A stretch of 64,000 nt of DNA from Phycisphaerae bacterium (GCA_963675745.2 CAXXWX010000027.1:1-64000); one strand, 5' to 3'; counted from the stretch's first letter, positions 1 to 11,941 are shown. The notes: generated by a model from the sequence alone, not told the origin. Numbers and translations: made by a program.

Positions 1-3000
1 GTCAGGCGGTTGGCGTCGTCGTAGCCATAGGTCACCACCTTGTCATCGGGATAGGTCAGCGTGGTGCGGTTGCCGCCGCATCGTATGCCATATTGGACCA
101 TCTTCCCGTAGCTGTCCGTGCTGGACTCCAGGCGGTTGAGTTCGTCGTAGGTGAAACTGCTCGTCTGCGGCGTCCCGGTTCCCTCGTCGGTCATCGTAAG
201 CCGGTTGCCGTTATCGTCATATGTGTACGTGACCTGCATGGCGTCGGGATAGTCGATCTGGACAAGACGGTTTGCGGCATCGTACGTCAGGTAGGTCGTA
301 TCCACGGTCGGCTGACCGTTGGCGTCGATGACCCAGATCTGATTGCCGACCTCATCGTACCCGTAGGTATAGTAGTTTTCCGTTGCCGTCCTCGGCGTAG
401 ACCAGGCGGTTCAGAGCGTCGTATTCGCGGGTGCTGACCACGCCGTCGTTGGCGTCCTCAATTTCGATGAGGTTTGCCGGCCGCATCGTAGCGGTACTCC
501 GTCCAGCCGCCCTCGGCGTCGACCACGCAGACCAGCCGGCCCAGAGCATCGTAGCCGAAGTCTGTCACGTTGCTCTCGGCGTCGGTCTGTCGGACAAGCC
601 GACCGAGCAGGTCGTATTCGAATAGCGTTTCGTTGCCCAGTTCGTCGTACGTGCGGGTTCGCCGGTTCATCGCGTCGTACTCGTGTGTGATAGTGACGCC
701 GGACGGATCGGTCTGCGTCAGCGTGTTCCCCTGGGCGTCATACGTGTACGTCCAGATGTTGCCCTCGGGATCCTCGCGCTCCTCGAGCCGGTCGGCGTCA
801 TCGTATTTGTAGCGGGTGTACTGGTCGGTGAGGTTGCCGTTGGCGTCGGCCGACTTCACCTTGCGGTTGAGCTCGGTCGTAGGCGTGCAGCGCTTCGTGG
901 CCCCAGGGCGTCGGTGACACGGACGAGGTTTGTTGTTCTCGTCATACTCGTAGCGCGTCGTGTGAGCGGGGGTCTTCCGCGAAGGTGCCGTTGCCATCGG
1001 TCGCCCAGACTCGATTGCCGATCTCGTCGTAGCCGAACCACTGCACGATGCTGTGCGGCGGGATCGCCCACCGGCGGGCCTTCGATTCGAGTCAGCCGGC
1101 CGGCATCATCGTAGAAGTAGTACGTCGTGTGGTTGGGGTCTTCCGCTCCCGTTCCGCGGCCATCGGTCGCCCAGATCCGGCGCCACAGGTCATCGTACCC
1201 GTACCAGGTGTGGCTGACTTCGGCCGGGCTGTTGGGGTCGGCGTAATCCCAGTCGATTTCCTCGGTTAGCAGCCCGTTTGCCGTCGTATACCCATTGGTG
1301 GACGTTGCCCCGCTCGTCGGTCTCGGTGAGCCGCTGGCCCGCGCCGTTGTAGGTCCAGCTCTTCTCGACGAACTGTGTCTGGGCCAGGTCCAGGTAGCGC
1401 CTCTCGACGACCACGTTGCAGGCATCGTCGTACGTCCACTCGGTGACGTAGCCAAGGGCGTCTGTCCGTTTCGTGGGAGAATAGGGGCAGTTTGGATCGC
1501 CGTACTCGACATTCGTCTCAGCCGGGCCATTGGGGTCGCGTCCATCGTCTGCTTCAATGGCCCTGAGCACGTTGCCGCGCTCGTCGTATTCGAACTGCGT
1601 CACGTTACCGTTGCGGTCGACGATGACGGTGCGCTCGAAATTCCAGTAGCCGTAGTCGACGGTCTGGCTGAGGGGGTCCTCGATCATCAACTGCTTCTTG
1701 AATTCGGGATCGTGAGCGTGGACCGTATTCAGCACCCGCGCATCCTTCTCGCCGTCCACGGTGACCGTTCGTGTGATGACGGTCTCGTTTTCAGCGCGAC
1801 CGCCATAGCCGAAGGTTGTCGTGTTCCCGCGACCGTCGTCCTGAGACAGCACGCGCCCGTCGGCGTCGTAGGTGTTGGCGAGCGTGGGTGTTCCCGGGTT
1901 GCGCTGGTCGGTGATGGTCGCCAGATACCAGCTCCCGCCGTACTCCGCGTACGTGTAATCGACCGTCTGGCCCAGAACGTCCGTGACGTCCGTCAGGTAG
2001 AGCACGGTGCTATGCTCTTCGTAGTTGTACGACACACTGCGGCCGCTCCAGTCGCCGACGGTGTGGAGCAAACCAGTCTCGGGGCCACTGTCGTAGTAGG
2101 CCAGGGTCAGCGATCGACCTGCCGGGTCGGTCACGATCTCAAGCTGGTCGCTGACGTTGTACGCCAGCGTGACGGTGTTGCCGTTCATGTCGGTGATGCT
2201 GGTCAGCATGCCATCGGCATCGAATTCGTACACGTCGAGATTGGTCTTGGTAACGGTCCACGTGCCGGCGCTGTAGGCCAGCTCATCGTGGCAGTCCCAC
2301 TGGACCGGCTCGTAGGAGCTACCGGTGTCCGTCCAACGGTCGATCGCACCATCGGCCCAGCGCACCGCGACCTCGCCAACGCCGGCATCCGGGTACAGGA
2401 TGACGTTGTAGGTGTGCGACCAGCCGGCGCCCAACGGCGGATCAACACGTGGGTCAAGGCTGTTGTAGAACCGCTGGAACATCAGCGGCCGCCCGCGCGA
2501 TGCGATCGATAAATCGGTTTCGGAATAATGAAAGTTGCCCGTCGCGGTGTTGACCGGGTCGGCGTCGGAGCCCAGCCAGACCTGGAAACCACACAGATCG
2601 CCGTCATCCGGCGGCGGTGGGCACTCGCTGCACAGGCCGAGCAGGCCCCAACTCAAGCTGTCTGCTGTTGCTTCGCATTCATCCCTCGTCAGGCCCTCCA
2701 GGCACGTCTCGCCTTCAAAGCAACAGGCCCCCGTGCATGGGCTGGGGGAGCAGTCCTCCCCGCTGAACCAATGAGCGCCCCCGGCCAGATAGCAGGGCGT
2801 TCCACTGGTTGCGGCGATTTCCAGGCAAGAACCATCGGGAAAGCAGCAGGCGCCGGAACAGGGGTTCGGAGTGCAGCTTGTGCCGTCACCCTGGTACTCG
2901 CGGCCAAGCGCATCGCACTCGCTTTCAGTCTTGATACTACAGGATCCACTTGGGCTGCAGCACGCGCCAGTGAGTGCTTCCCCCCAAATGCCGAGCCAGT

Positions 3001-4033
3001 CGAAATCGCCAACGTCACCGTAGTGATAATTGTCTGAAAAAAGGACGACTTCCTCGACCGAAGTGGCGGCGATGATGGCGCTGCTGTAGATCAGATACCC
3101 GCCGTAGTAATAGTTGATTGTATCGTAAGTCGTATCGATCTCGATCGCCGTTTCGACGTACGAGCCCGGATACCAATCTATACCCGTGTTAACCCACTCC
3201 AACCCGCTGCCCAAATCGTCCGCGACATAGATGTCGCCCAGGTAAGTGAACCGCATGTATGCGGAGACGAGCCCCTGCGAGGGGGCCTGTGGAACAACGT
3301 AATAATCGGCGCCGCCTGTGTCGCTGACGTGCACATAGACGTCGACTGTGTAATGCCCTGGCGGCCGTGTGTCCAGGCTCGGACTGAAGCCGCCGACGGA
3401 TTCGCCTTGGGCCAGGTAAGGGTCACCATTTATCCTCAAGTGCCGACTTCCGGACAGTGGGTGGGCGTCGGAAATCACGGGATCGACTGTGTTGGACGCG
3501 AATGTAGACCAGTCCGCCTGCCCGTCCAGGAAGCCCAGACCGAATCCCTCACTCGACTCGAAATTGGTGAAGTACAGAAGGTCATCCCGCGCGCCACGAT
3601 TGGCAGGGACTCCCGCCGGCGTCACAGCACCGCCGGGCCGTGCGATCGCTTCGATGGAAGGGCGAAGAACTTGGGGTTTCTCGCCATCGTCTGACACCCG
3701 TTCCCCAGAACTTGACGGCCACGTCGGCACAGCGGTAGCCGTTCGTGGGGTCGCGCCGTCTGTTCTACCGTGCTCCGCAGCCTCGCCGGCCCAGTCGTCA
3801 GCGCTTATGACCGCCGCGGTGGTGCTGACGGGGGTCAGGGTCGCATACGTCGTCATGTTGGAATAGTCGCCCTGGTCGTGACCGCCGCCGGGCGGAAGTC
3901 GCCCTCCGGTCGGAGCAATTGACGTGGGCGCGGAGATCGGGCTGGCTGCTCGATCCCTGTCGTAAGCCAGTCGCGCCAGCGCCGATGTCACGGTAAGCGC
4001 GAGAAGTGCCGCACAGATGAACGCGCACCTCAT
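1..4033 (-). CDS. Secreted RHS/YD-repeat protein: signal peptide, beta-sandwich-like domain, three GACC Cys repeats, DUF6531-like domain, YD repeats. Split by frameshifts and runs off the window start.
   Basis: ORF 1190..4033 starts MRCAFICAALLALTVTSALA and contains GACCSPSGSC/GACCFPDGSC/GACCFEGETC, DPVNTATGNF, FQRFYNS and LGAGWSH. YD repeats continue in other frames (856..1557, 458..997, 352..549: YDAQGN, YDAMNR, YDLLGR, YDALNRL). Confidence 0.9.
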
Positions 4034-5100
4034 GGTGGTCTCCTTTGCGTGTTCGCGCGCCGACGCACGCGCCGTTTAGGCGAAATGATGGACGGTGCGT
4101 ATGCAGAGCATTGACCCGACCTTCCCCAAGTAGCCGCCGGCTGGATTACGCTGCCGAGCGTTCTGCGTACCAGTGTACCCATTTCCAGCGGCGGTACGCA
4201 AGACCGACACGTGTGATTCGCGCGCTGGGCCAGAACCAGATCCGCAACTCCCACCTACTGGCCGGCTGAAGGCCGTTGCACGCGACGCGGCACGGACCGC
4301 GCTGACTGAACACCACATCGTGGACTTCCGCGACATACCATTCGACACCGTGGGTCGCAATTCCAGAAACTCATCGGACCGGAAGAGCGGCACCCTGAGT
4401 TGATCAGCTTAGGATCGCACGGCTTCCGTCGGGCGAGTGGTCTGGACGCGCTTGTGTTTGCACGTTGCGTGGCGCAGGGCAACGACATCGGATTGGTCGG
4501 CAGCGCCCGCCGGGTCCTCAGTGTCAAGTCCCGCCACGTCCGACCCGGTAATCGAAGCAGCGGCATTTGAATCGGGTGGACCACTGCCCCAAGGCGCGAC
4601 ACCTCGATGACCCGGGCCAGGGCATCTCTCGCGCGACAGGTCTTACCCGTTCGGTTATGGACCGCCGTAATCGTCGGGCCGGCACCGGCAAGAGCCTCAG
4701 AGACTTGGGACGGATTGGACGCGCCGACGTTGCCACGGGCTTGCAGGATGCGTTGCGCGCCAGCGTCTCACGAGGGGCGGGCCAGGGCGGAGATGCACCT
4801 TACCCCTTGCAGAAACTCGCGATAGGAACGCAAATGCCCGGGCATATCGCGCCAAGCGGTGGGTCGCGTCGTTGCGACGCGGTCGGTTCACTAGAGGGAA
4901 CGATACCGTTCTCAAACAAAAGTCGCGCGACAGAACGAAGATACGGTTCGCGTTTGCATCGCTTCGATGAATTCAACCCCCGCGGTTCCGTTTGCTTCCG
5001 CGCGTGCGACCTCGTGTGTTCATGTCCTCCCGCCGGAGCCAACACAGGTGAGTACTTTCGTGGCCGCGCGCGATTGTGCAATCCGATGACGGCTTTCAAA

Positions 5101-5220
5101 TCAGCGGCCGGTCAGCGACGCAAGGAACGCGTCGATGTCGCCGTTGTTCATCCAGCCGTCATGGTTGATGTCGCCGAGCATGATGCCGCAACCCGGATAT
5201 TCGTCGGCGTAACGCCATTG
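5101..5220 (-). pseudogene. Orphan C-terminal dockerin/EF-hand-like segment of the type found on Phycisphaerae secreted proteins
   Basis: Reads YADEYPGCGIMLGDINHDGWMNNGDIDAFLASLTGR-stop (GDxNxDG..D motif). No credible start or upstream domain; it abuts the 3' end of the next gene. Confidence 0.55.
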
Positions 5221-5242
5221 CGTAGGGCGGCCTGCGCGGGCC

Positions 5243-5932
5243 TCACTTGGCAGGCCACACCGCAGGCATCGCTCCCATGTGATTCGCGAGCGCATCCCTG
5301 AACTCGTCCGATGAACACTCGCGGACAATGTCCTTGACGAGCCTGGTCATGGACCACTTGATCATCAGGTCAAATGCGTAGGCGCCGCCGACCGGGAAGC
5401 CGGGCGCGGAGCGGGCAAACGACTGTTTCCATAGAAGCTCACCGTCGCGATCCTCAAGAAACAGGGTGACACGGTTCTGGCCGCCTTCGATCACAAAGGG
5501 CCACAACCAGGTGTAGCTCCACCACCAGCAGCGATTCACTTCCCCGCGCAGCACGGGCCAATCCTGCGGCGCTGCGACAGCGTCAACCAGCTCATAGCCC
5601 GCCGCTTGTAATGCGTCCCGGACGGCCTGGTCAAAGGATTGCTGGATCGGTGTTTCCGGGTTGGCGTTGATGTTCCCCGCCGGCAGCGCGAAAGCCGTCC
5701 AAGTGTGCTTGCCGATTGTCGACGGTCCAGGGTTGCGGTCCCACAACTCGGACCGGCGATTCAGCACCGCCAGATCGCCAACGGCCAGCGGCGTTCGGTT
5801 CGTGACTTCGACGGCTTCTGGTGCATGCCATGTGATCTTCGCGTACTGCTGACAACCAGCTACGGCAGTGAGCACGTAGGCCAGCAGCAGGGCCATCGCC
5901 GAAGATGTTAACGGGTTGTGATGCTCTTTCAC
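5243..5932 (-). CDS. Lipoprotein of unknown function
   Basis: GTG start after AAGGAG; hydrophobic stretch ALLLAYVLTAVAG followed by C (lipobox). Confidence 0.75.
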   Translation of the reverse strand: MKEHHNPLTSSAMALLLAYVLTAVAGCQQYAKITWHAPEAVEVTNRTPLAVGDLAVLNRRSELWDRNPGPSTIGKHTWTAFALPAGNINANPETPIQQSFDQAVRDALQAAGYELVDAVAAPQDWPVLRGEVNRCWWWSYTWLWPFVIEGGQNRVTLFLEDRDGELLWKQSFARSAPGFPVGGAYAFDLMIKWSMTRLVKDIVRECSSDEFRDALANHMGAMPAVWPAK

Positions 5933-6044
5933 TCGTCTCTCCTTCCACTTTTGTGGCCAACACATCAGGGCGCCGCCCCATGGGCTGGCCGGCCAAACTG
6001 AACGTGCCACCAAGACATGGCTGATCCCACTCCGGCCAACCGCC

Positions 6045-6374
6045 TTATGACGGCGTCGCGTTTAACGCCGTATTCAGGGTCTCTCTGAGAACCGCGAGAT
6101 AGTCTCGCATGGCTTGGACTTCTTGCGGCGTCATGGGTCCAGTGATAGACGGGCGTCTCAACATCTCCTCATAGACATCAATGAGGCCATTGAGCGCCTG
6201 GCGGGCCGCCGGCATGTTTCCGGAGTAAGCCGCGGAGACATACTCGGCGTACCGTTCGATGCCGAGATCCTGCAAGGCTTCGTCTGTGTGCAAGGCGAGA
6301 GGTGTTGGCAGGAGGCCATCGTCCACACAGCCGACACACAACAGCAGTCCAATACAAGCGATCGTGAGTTTCAT
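6045..6374 (-). CDS. Small lipoprotein of unknown function
   Basis: MKLTIACIGLLLCVG-C lipobox; AAGGAG RBS upstream. Confidence 0.75.
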   Translation of the reverse strand: MKLTIACIGLLLCVGCVDDGLLPTPLALHTDEALQDLGIERYAEYVSAAYSGNMPAARQALNGLIDVYEEMLRRPSITGPMTPQEVQAMRDYLAVLRETLNTALNATPS

Positions 6375-6560
6375 GCCAGGCTCCTTGTTCGTTGTTCACA
6401 TCCAAGGCTCATTCCGCGTTTCGCTCGTCGCACGACGACCCCTGCTGTTTGCACGACGCCGTTCTCCGCCGCCGGACGGCCCTTGCCGTCTCCCTCTGTC
6501 AGTACGTGCGTCAAGTCGCTAGAATGGACCCAGCACTTTCTCGGACGGAGGGTTCGGATT

Positions 6561-7166
6561 GTGGCGGGCGGCACGGACGGTCCTATAACTCAGCTACTGA
6601 ACGCCGCTGCGCAGGGGGACGACGCAGCGCGCAACCGAGTGTGGTCAGCAGTCATCGACGAGATGAGGCGGCTGGCGCGGGCGCAACTGGCCAACGAAGG
6701 CGCCGGTTGCCGGCTGCAACCGACGTCACTGATCGACGAGGCCTATATGAAGCTCGTCGGCAAGGGGGACATCGAGTGGTCCAGCCGGCGCCATTTCTGG
6801 GGTGCGGCGGCAAAAGCCATGCGGCAAATCCTCGTGGATGACGCACGTACTAGAGGACGGCTGAAACGCGGCGCGGGAAAAACGCCCGAGCCGCTTCCGG
6901 CTGAACTGCCCGGCGCCGGCTATGACGTGTTTGAGGTGCTGGCGGTCGACGAGGCGCTCAGGAAGCTGGAGCAGGACGACCCGGCCCGCGCGGAGATCGT
7001 GCACTTGAGGTACTTCGCCGGACTGAGCGTCAAGGAGACGGCGGCCGCACTCGACGTGTCCTCGGGAACCGTGGACACCGGCTGGCGTTTCGCCCGGGCG
7101 TGGATCCGCCGCGAGTTGAGCAAAGGTGACACGAGAACGCATGATGGCCTGGCAGGCGATGGCTAG
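6561..7166 (+). CDS. ECF RNA polymerase sigma factor, TIGR02999-like (Ser/Thr-kinase-associated type)
   Basis: ITQLLNAAAQGD, LQPTSLIDEAY, HFWGAAAKAMRQILVDDAR, LRYFAGLS, WRFARAW; GTG start after GGAGG; overlaps the start of the kinase gene. Confidence 0.92.
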   Translation: MAGGTDGPITQLLNAAAQGDDAARNRVWSAVIDEMRRLARAQLANEGAGCRLQPTSLIDEAYMKLVGKGDIEWSSRRHFWGAAAKAMRQILVDDARTRGRLKRGAGKTPEPLPAELPGAGYDVFEVLAVDEALRKLEQDDPARAEIVHLRYFAGLSVKETAAALDVSSGTVDTGWRFARAWIRRELSKGDTRTHDGLAGDG

Positions 7167-9651
7167 CAAGAAAGCGCAACGCGCCTACGACATCTTCGGG
7201 CGGGCGATCCAGCTCCCACCGGCGGAGCGCGCTGCCCTTCTTAACGAGGCCTGCGGCGGCGACGAGGAACTGTGCGCCGAGATCCTCTCGCTCCTGCAGC
7301 ACGACAGCCGTGTTGAGGACGGCTTTCTGAAGTCGCCAGTGGCCGGCCGGGCGGCGGCGGGTGAGACAGCGGCGCACACACCCGCGCGGATTGACGAAGT
7401 GGGCGACGGCAGCGGCGTGGCACAGGCGGCCGATCCTAACGACGACGCACCCGCCGCAACGGACCGGCCGGCTCGCGCCGCCGGCTCCCTGCCGCAGTTC
7501 CCCGGCTATCGCACGATCCGCAAGCTGGACCATGGTGGTCAGGGAGTGGTCTATCAGGCGCTCCAGCAATCCACGAAGCGCAAGGTGGCGATCAAAATCC
7601 TGCTGGACGGTCCCCACGCCTCCATGGCGGCCGAAAGGCGCTTCGAGCGTGAGATCGAGCTGGTCGGCCAGTTGCGACACCCGAACATCATCGGGATCTT
7701 CCACTCCGGCACGACACCTGACGGCCGGCGCTTCTACGTGATGGACTATGTGCGGGGGACTCCGCTGCACCAGTACGTCAGGGATGAGAAGCTCCCGTTG
7801 GAAAAAACGCTGAGTCTGTTCTCGTCAGTCTGCGATGCGGTGCAATACGCGCACCACAAGGGCGTGATTCACCGCGACCTGAAGCCCGGCAATATCCTCG
7901 TTGACAGCGACGGAGTCCCGAAGATTCTCGACTTCGGACTGGCGAAATGGGCGGCCGGACCAATCGATACGGTCGTTTCGCTGAGCGAGCAGGTCATCGG
8001 CACGTTGCCGTACATGAGCCCCGAGCAGGCCCGCGGCAATCCAGACGAGATCGATACGCGAACGGACATATACGCGCTGGGTGTGATCCTGTACGAACTG
8101 CTGACCGGACATTACCCCTATCCGGTTGTTGGGAACGTCATCGAGGTTCTCAAGCACATCACGGACACGCCGCCGACTCCGCCCAGCCGCAGTTGGAAGC
8201 CGAACTCGGGGATCACGCAGCGGACCTCGAAGAAGCTGCGCGCCGGGCAGTGTCCGATCGACGACGAGGTGCAGACGCTGATACTGAAGGCGCTCTCGAA
8301 GGAACGCGAGCGGCGGTATCAATCCGCCGGCGAATTGGCCCAGGACGTCGGTCGCTATCTGGCCGGCAAGCCGATCGAGGCCAAGCGGGATAGTGCGTTG
8401 TACGTGCTCAGCAAGACGCTCAGGCGATACCGGACGCCCATCGCCGTCGGCGCCGCCCTGACGCTGGTCGTTTTGGCGGCGTTCGTCTACTCCGCGGTGA
8501 GTTGGCGTCATATGGCGAAGCAACAGCAGCGGATTGAGGAGCTGGAGCGAGCCATTAACGCGAGTGCCCTGGCTGTCCGCGAGAAGCTGCCGCGTGGGCC
8601 CGGGGCGCCGATACTCGCAGAGCTTGAATCGGACGAAGCCGCCGGCGGCTCGCCTTCCGCGGCGGATCGCGTTCAGCGATTGCTCGATCGCGAGCGCGCG
8701 CTTCAACGCAGAGAAGGCCAGGCGACCACGCTGGATGCTTATATCGCCAACGGAGATTACGAGGGCGCCGGCGAGTATGTCACCGGGCAACTCGGCGGTG
8801 CCCCGGATGACGCTTTCCTGACCGCGTACCGTGGCTACCTGTGGGTCAAGCGCTATAGTCAGATCCTGGGTTCGAGTGGAATCCACGAGTTCGCCTTGCT
8901 GGAATCGGCAAGACAGGACTTTCAGCGATCCATGGTTCTCGACTCGGACCAGGCGGCGATCGCGCACGAAGGGATCGGCAACACCTATTATCTCCGTGCC
9001 CGGTCAACCCATGCCGCCGCCGACTTTCAGGCGGCGATCGACGCGTATTCCAAGGCCATCCGCCTCAAGCCGGACTTCATCAGAGCCTACTCCAACCGCG
9101 GACACGCGTACTTCGATGCGGGGCGGTACTTCCTGGCGCTCAACGACTACGCGGTGGCGATATCCGCGGGACCCGAGCGGCTCTCCGAGTCTGTGCCTGA
9201 CGCGTGGCGCACCCACTTCAACTACGGCGTGGCGCTGCGTCTGCTAGGCGCGTCGGCGGAGGCGATCGGGCGATTCCGTCAAGCCGTGACTGAGGCGCCG
9301 GACAATTTGTATTGTGATCTCGCCCTGGCGCTTGCCTACCTGGACATAGGCGAAGACGATGACGCCGATGAGTGTCTGAAGCTGGGCAAGCAGAAAGCCG
9401 CACCGGACACGTGGGAAGGGAAGCTGGTGCGCTGCCTGTTGCTGGAGCTGCCGCCGGAGCAGTTGATTACGGCGGCCGGTGAGCCCGGGGGCGACCTTTG
9501 TGAAGCGCACTACTACGCCGGCGAGGCCTTCCTGCGCCGGGGAGAGCAAGAGAGTGCGCGAAGTGAGTTTCTGAAGTGCATCGCGGAGTGCGAATCCGCT
9601 GATTGCATTTACTACAACGAGTATCTGTGGGCCAGATGGCGAAGTGAGTGA
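7159..9651 (+). CDS. Membrane Ser/Thr protein kinase with C-terminal TPR repeats
   Basis: GGQGVVY, VAIK, HRDLKPGN, DFGLAK, GTLPYMSPEQ, DIYALG; TM helix IAVGAALTLVVLAAFVYSAV; TPR-like AIDAYSKAIRLKPDF and EAHYYAG. Confidence 0.95.
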   Translation: MASKKAQRAYDIFGRAIQLPPAERAALLNEACGGDEELCAEILSLLQHDSRVEDGFLKSPVAGRAAAGETAAHTPARIDEVGDGSGVAQAADPNDDAPAATDRPARAAGSLPQFPGYRTIRKLDHGGQGVVYQALQQSTKRKVAIKILLDGPHASMAAERRFEREIELVGQLRHPNIIGIFHSGTTPDGRRFYVMDYVRGTPLHQYVRDEKLPLEKTLSLFSSVCDAVQYAHHKGVIHRDLKPGNILVDSDGVPKILDFGLAKWAAGPIDTVVSLSEQVIGTLPYMSPEQARGNPDEIDTRTDIYALGVILYELLTGHYPYPVVGNVIEVLKHITDTPPTPPSRSWKPNSGITQRTSKKLRAGQCPIDDEVQTLILKALSKERERRYQSAGELAQDVGRYLAGKPIEAKRDSALYVLSKTLRRYRTPIAVGAALTLVVLAAFVYSAVSWRHMAKQQQRIEELERAINASALAVREKLPRGPGAPILAELESDEAAGGSPSAADRVQRLLDRERALQRREGQATTLDAYIANGDYEGAGEYVTGQLGGAPDDAFLTAYRGYLWVKRYSQILGSSGIHEFALLESARQDFQRSMVLDSDQAAIAHEGIGNTYYLRARSTHAAADFQAAIDAYSKAIRLKPDFIRAYSNRGHAYFDAGRYFLALNDYAVAISAGPERLSESVPDAWRTHFNYGVALRLLGASAEAIGRFRQAVTEAPDNLYCDLALALAYLDIGEDDDADECLKLGKQKAAPDTWEGKLVRCLLLELPPEQLITAAGEPGGDLCEAHYYAGEAFLRRGEQESARSEFLKCIAECESADCIYYNEYLWARWRSE

Positions 9652-9722
9652 AGTTGGCGACTGGGGCTGCGTGACTGAAGCGCCTGTCGCATAATGGTGA
9701 ATCAGCTAGGGGAGTAACTACA

Positions 9723-11941
9723 ATGCGCTGCAAATGCTTGTTAGGAGTTCTGGCTGTAATGTGCCTGCTGCTGCACGGGTGTCCGCCGCCGGGTGAGCCG
9801 AATACACCGGGTGACCCGAATGCACCGGGAGACCCGAATGCACCGGGAGACCCGAATTCGCCGGGCGACCCGAATACAACCGGCGACCCGAATCCACCGG
9901 GCGACACGCTACCGCGCCTTGACGGAGCCATCAACGTTGTGGGGGCGACCTGGGTCAAGAAGGATCTTACTCAAAGGTCTACCGGAGGGCCCACCATCGT
10001 CCCGCCGACCGTCACGTCGAACTCGTCCGAGAGCTTCGATGTCGAAGTCGCCGAGGTCGATGACAGCCACAAGGTGTCCGATGTGGCACAACTGCGCGTC
10101 GGCCTGCCAGGATACGCCGGTTACTTCGCCCTCGATGTGGGGCCCGACAACCGCACAGCGGAGGGCGCGGTTCTGGTTACGGTCGTGCGCATAGAGCCCG
10201 GCGCGCTAGTCGACGGATTCGCGCTTCGGGTCGTTGCTACGGAGGACGACCAGCACGTGGGCCCAATCGCGGATGTACCCGCCGCGTTCTTCGCCGCCTC
10301 GGCTGGGGAGGATGGCATGGCCGGAGTCGGTGACACGGTAGCGCTGAGCGCCACCTTGACCGGTGCGACGGGAGTGACCACTATCGCGTGGAGTCAGGTC
10401 TCCGGGCCGACGGCGAGCATTGCGGATCCCACGTCGGCAAGCACCACGTTTGTGCCGCCGGCCGTCGGCACGTATGTCATGAAGCTTGAGGCGGTGGACG
10501 CCACCGGCGTGATCGATGTCGATCTCGTCACGACGCTGGTGGTTGACACGTTCACTGTGGACGCTGGCGAATCGGGGGTCGTTCAGGTTGGTGAAGCGGT
10601 GCAACTGCGCGGTCTCGCCGCCGGTGGATCGGGGCAGGCTAGCTTCAAATGGGCCGAGGTCTCCGGCCACGGCGTGGGAATCTCCGATCCCAATAGCCGC
10701 ATCGCCAGCTTTGTACCCGCTGAAACCGGCGAGTACGAGTTCACGCTCACCGCGACGGATGAAATCGATGGCGCCGTCTCGGATAGCGTGATCTACAAGG
10801 CGTTCGACGGTCTGACCGCGGAAGCCAGCGCACCAGCCGAAGCCTTGCCGGGGGCAACGATAAAACTGCAGGGCCAGGCGGCCGGCGGGTCCTTGCCGTA
10901 CGCCTTCCGCTGGTCACAGACGGGCGGTCCCGCCGTGCAAATTGTAGATGCCACCAACCAGACGGCGCTCGTGTCGCTGTCCGAGGCGGGCGATTACACG
11001 TTTAAGTTGCTCGTGGAAGACTCGGCGGCCGCACGCGGCGCCGACACCGTGACCGTCTCCGTTATGTGCCAGGATTCCCTGTGCAACGACGGGCTGTACT
11101 GCAATGGTGAAGAAACGTGTGTCAACGGTGAATGCGCGCCGGGCACCCCACCATGCCCGGACGGCGTGCCCTGTGACGAAGAGAATGATCTATGCCTGAC
11201 GTGCCCGGAATACAACGACTGCGACGACGGCGATGCGTGCACAGTTGATGAGTGTGACCCCGCGACCGGCATATGCTCGCACGAGCCGGTGGATTGCGAC
11301 GATGGCGATCCGTGTACGGAGGACACATGTGACCCCAACCAGGGCTGTGTCAACACGCCGATCGTCTGCGGCGAGAACGAAGTCTGCATCTGCGGCGACT
11401 GTATCGAGATCTGTCCGCCGGACTGCAACTCGACTATCTTCTTCGACGACTTTGAGGAAGGGATTGGAGACTGGTCGGTTCACAACGGTAACTGGGAGGT
11501 TGGACAGCCGACGTCTGGACCTAACGCCGCGCACTCCGGCGATCAGCTGGCGGCCACCGTACTGGCAGGGAACTACTCCCAGAACGACAGTCGCTTGGTC
11601 AGCAGCGCGATCCAACTCCCAGCGATTCGCGCCACCGACGAAATCCGCCTGCGGTTCTGGCACTGGTTCTATTTCGGTCACGGCGGTGGTGTATCTACCC
11701 CTGATCGCTGGGATACCGGCAACGTGCAGGTTCGAGAACGTACCTGCAGCGGGAATGGGCGAAGTGGACGACCCTCACCTCCTTCCAGGACGCCTCTGGT
11801 GTGTACACGTACGCTTTGGTGGATATCTCCAACTATGCGGGGAGAGAGATTCAGGTTGGATTCCTGCTGGACGGCAACTACGCCCGCGACCCAAGGGCAG
11901 GCTGGTACATCGACGATGTCAGAATCGAAGGTTCGTGGTAG
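9723..11941 (+). CDS. Surface lipoprotein: PGDPN repeats, three PKD/Ig-like domains, Cys-rich repeats and a C-terminal beta-sandwich (immune-inhibitor-A/MAM-like). One frameshift near 11745.
   Basis: Lipobox LLLHG-C; WSQVSGP and WSQTGGP PKD-like motifs; CDDGDACTVDEC repeats; FFDDFEEG..W. An alternate frame from ~11752 reads WTTLTSFQDASGVYTYALVDISNYAGREIQVGF...GWYIDDVRIEGSW-stop at 11941. Confidence 0.85.
9789..9905 (+). repeat. 18-bp coding tandem repeat, about 6.5 units, encoding PG(D/E)PNx
   Basis: ccgggtgagccgaataca / ccgggtgacccgaatgca / ccgggagacccgaatgca / ccgggagacccgaattcg / ccgggcgacccgaataca / accggcgacccgaatcca. Confidence 0.95.

Noticed and set aside
4034..5100. ORFs or ncRNA in the 1-kb region upstream of the RHS gene (for example 4567..5301)
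   Set aside because: No recognisable motifs, RBS or codon bias, and no RNA family I can identify
9660..9700. Shared ECF promoter motif (TCGCAT-like) upstream of 9723, 4033 and 54271
   Set aside because: The matches are too short and inconsistent to support by eye
9789..9905. Tandem repeat as a CRISPR array
   Set aside because: 18-bp in-frame coding units with no unique spacers, and no cas genes in the window
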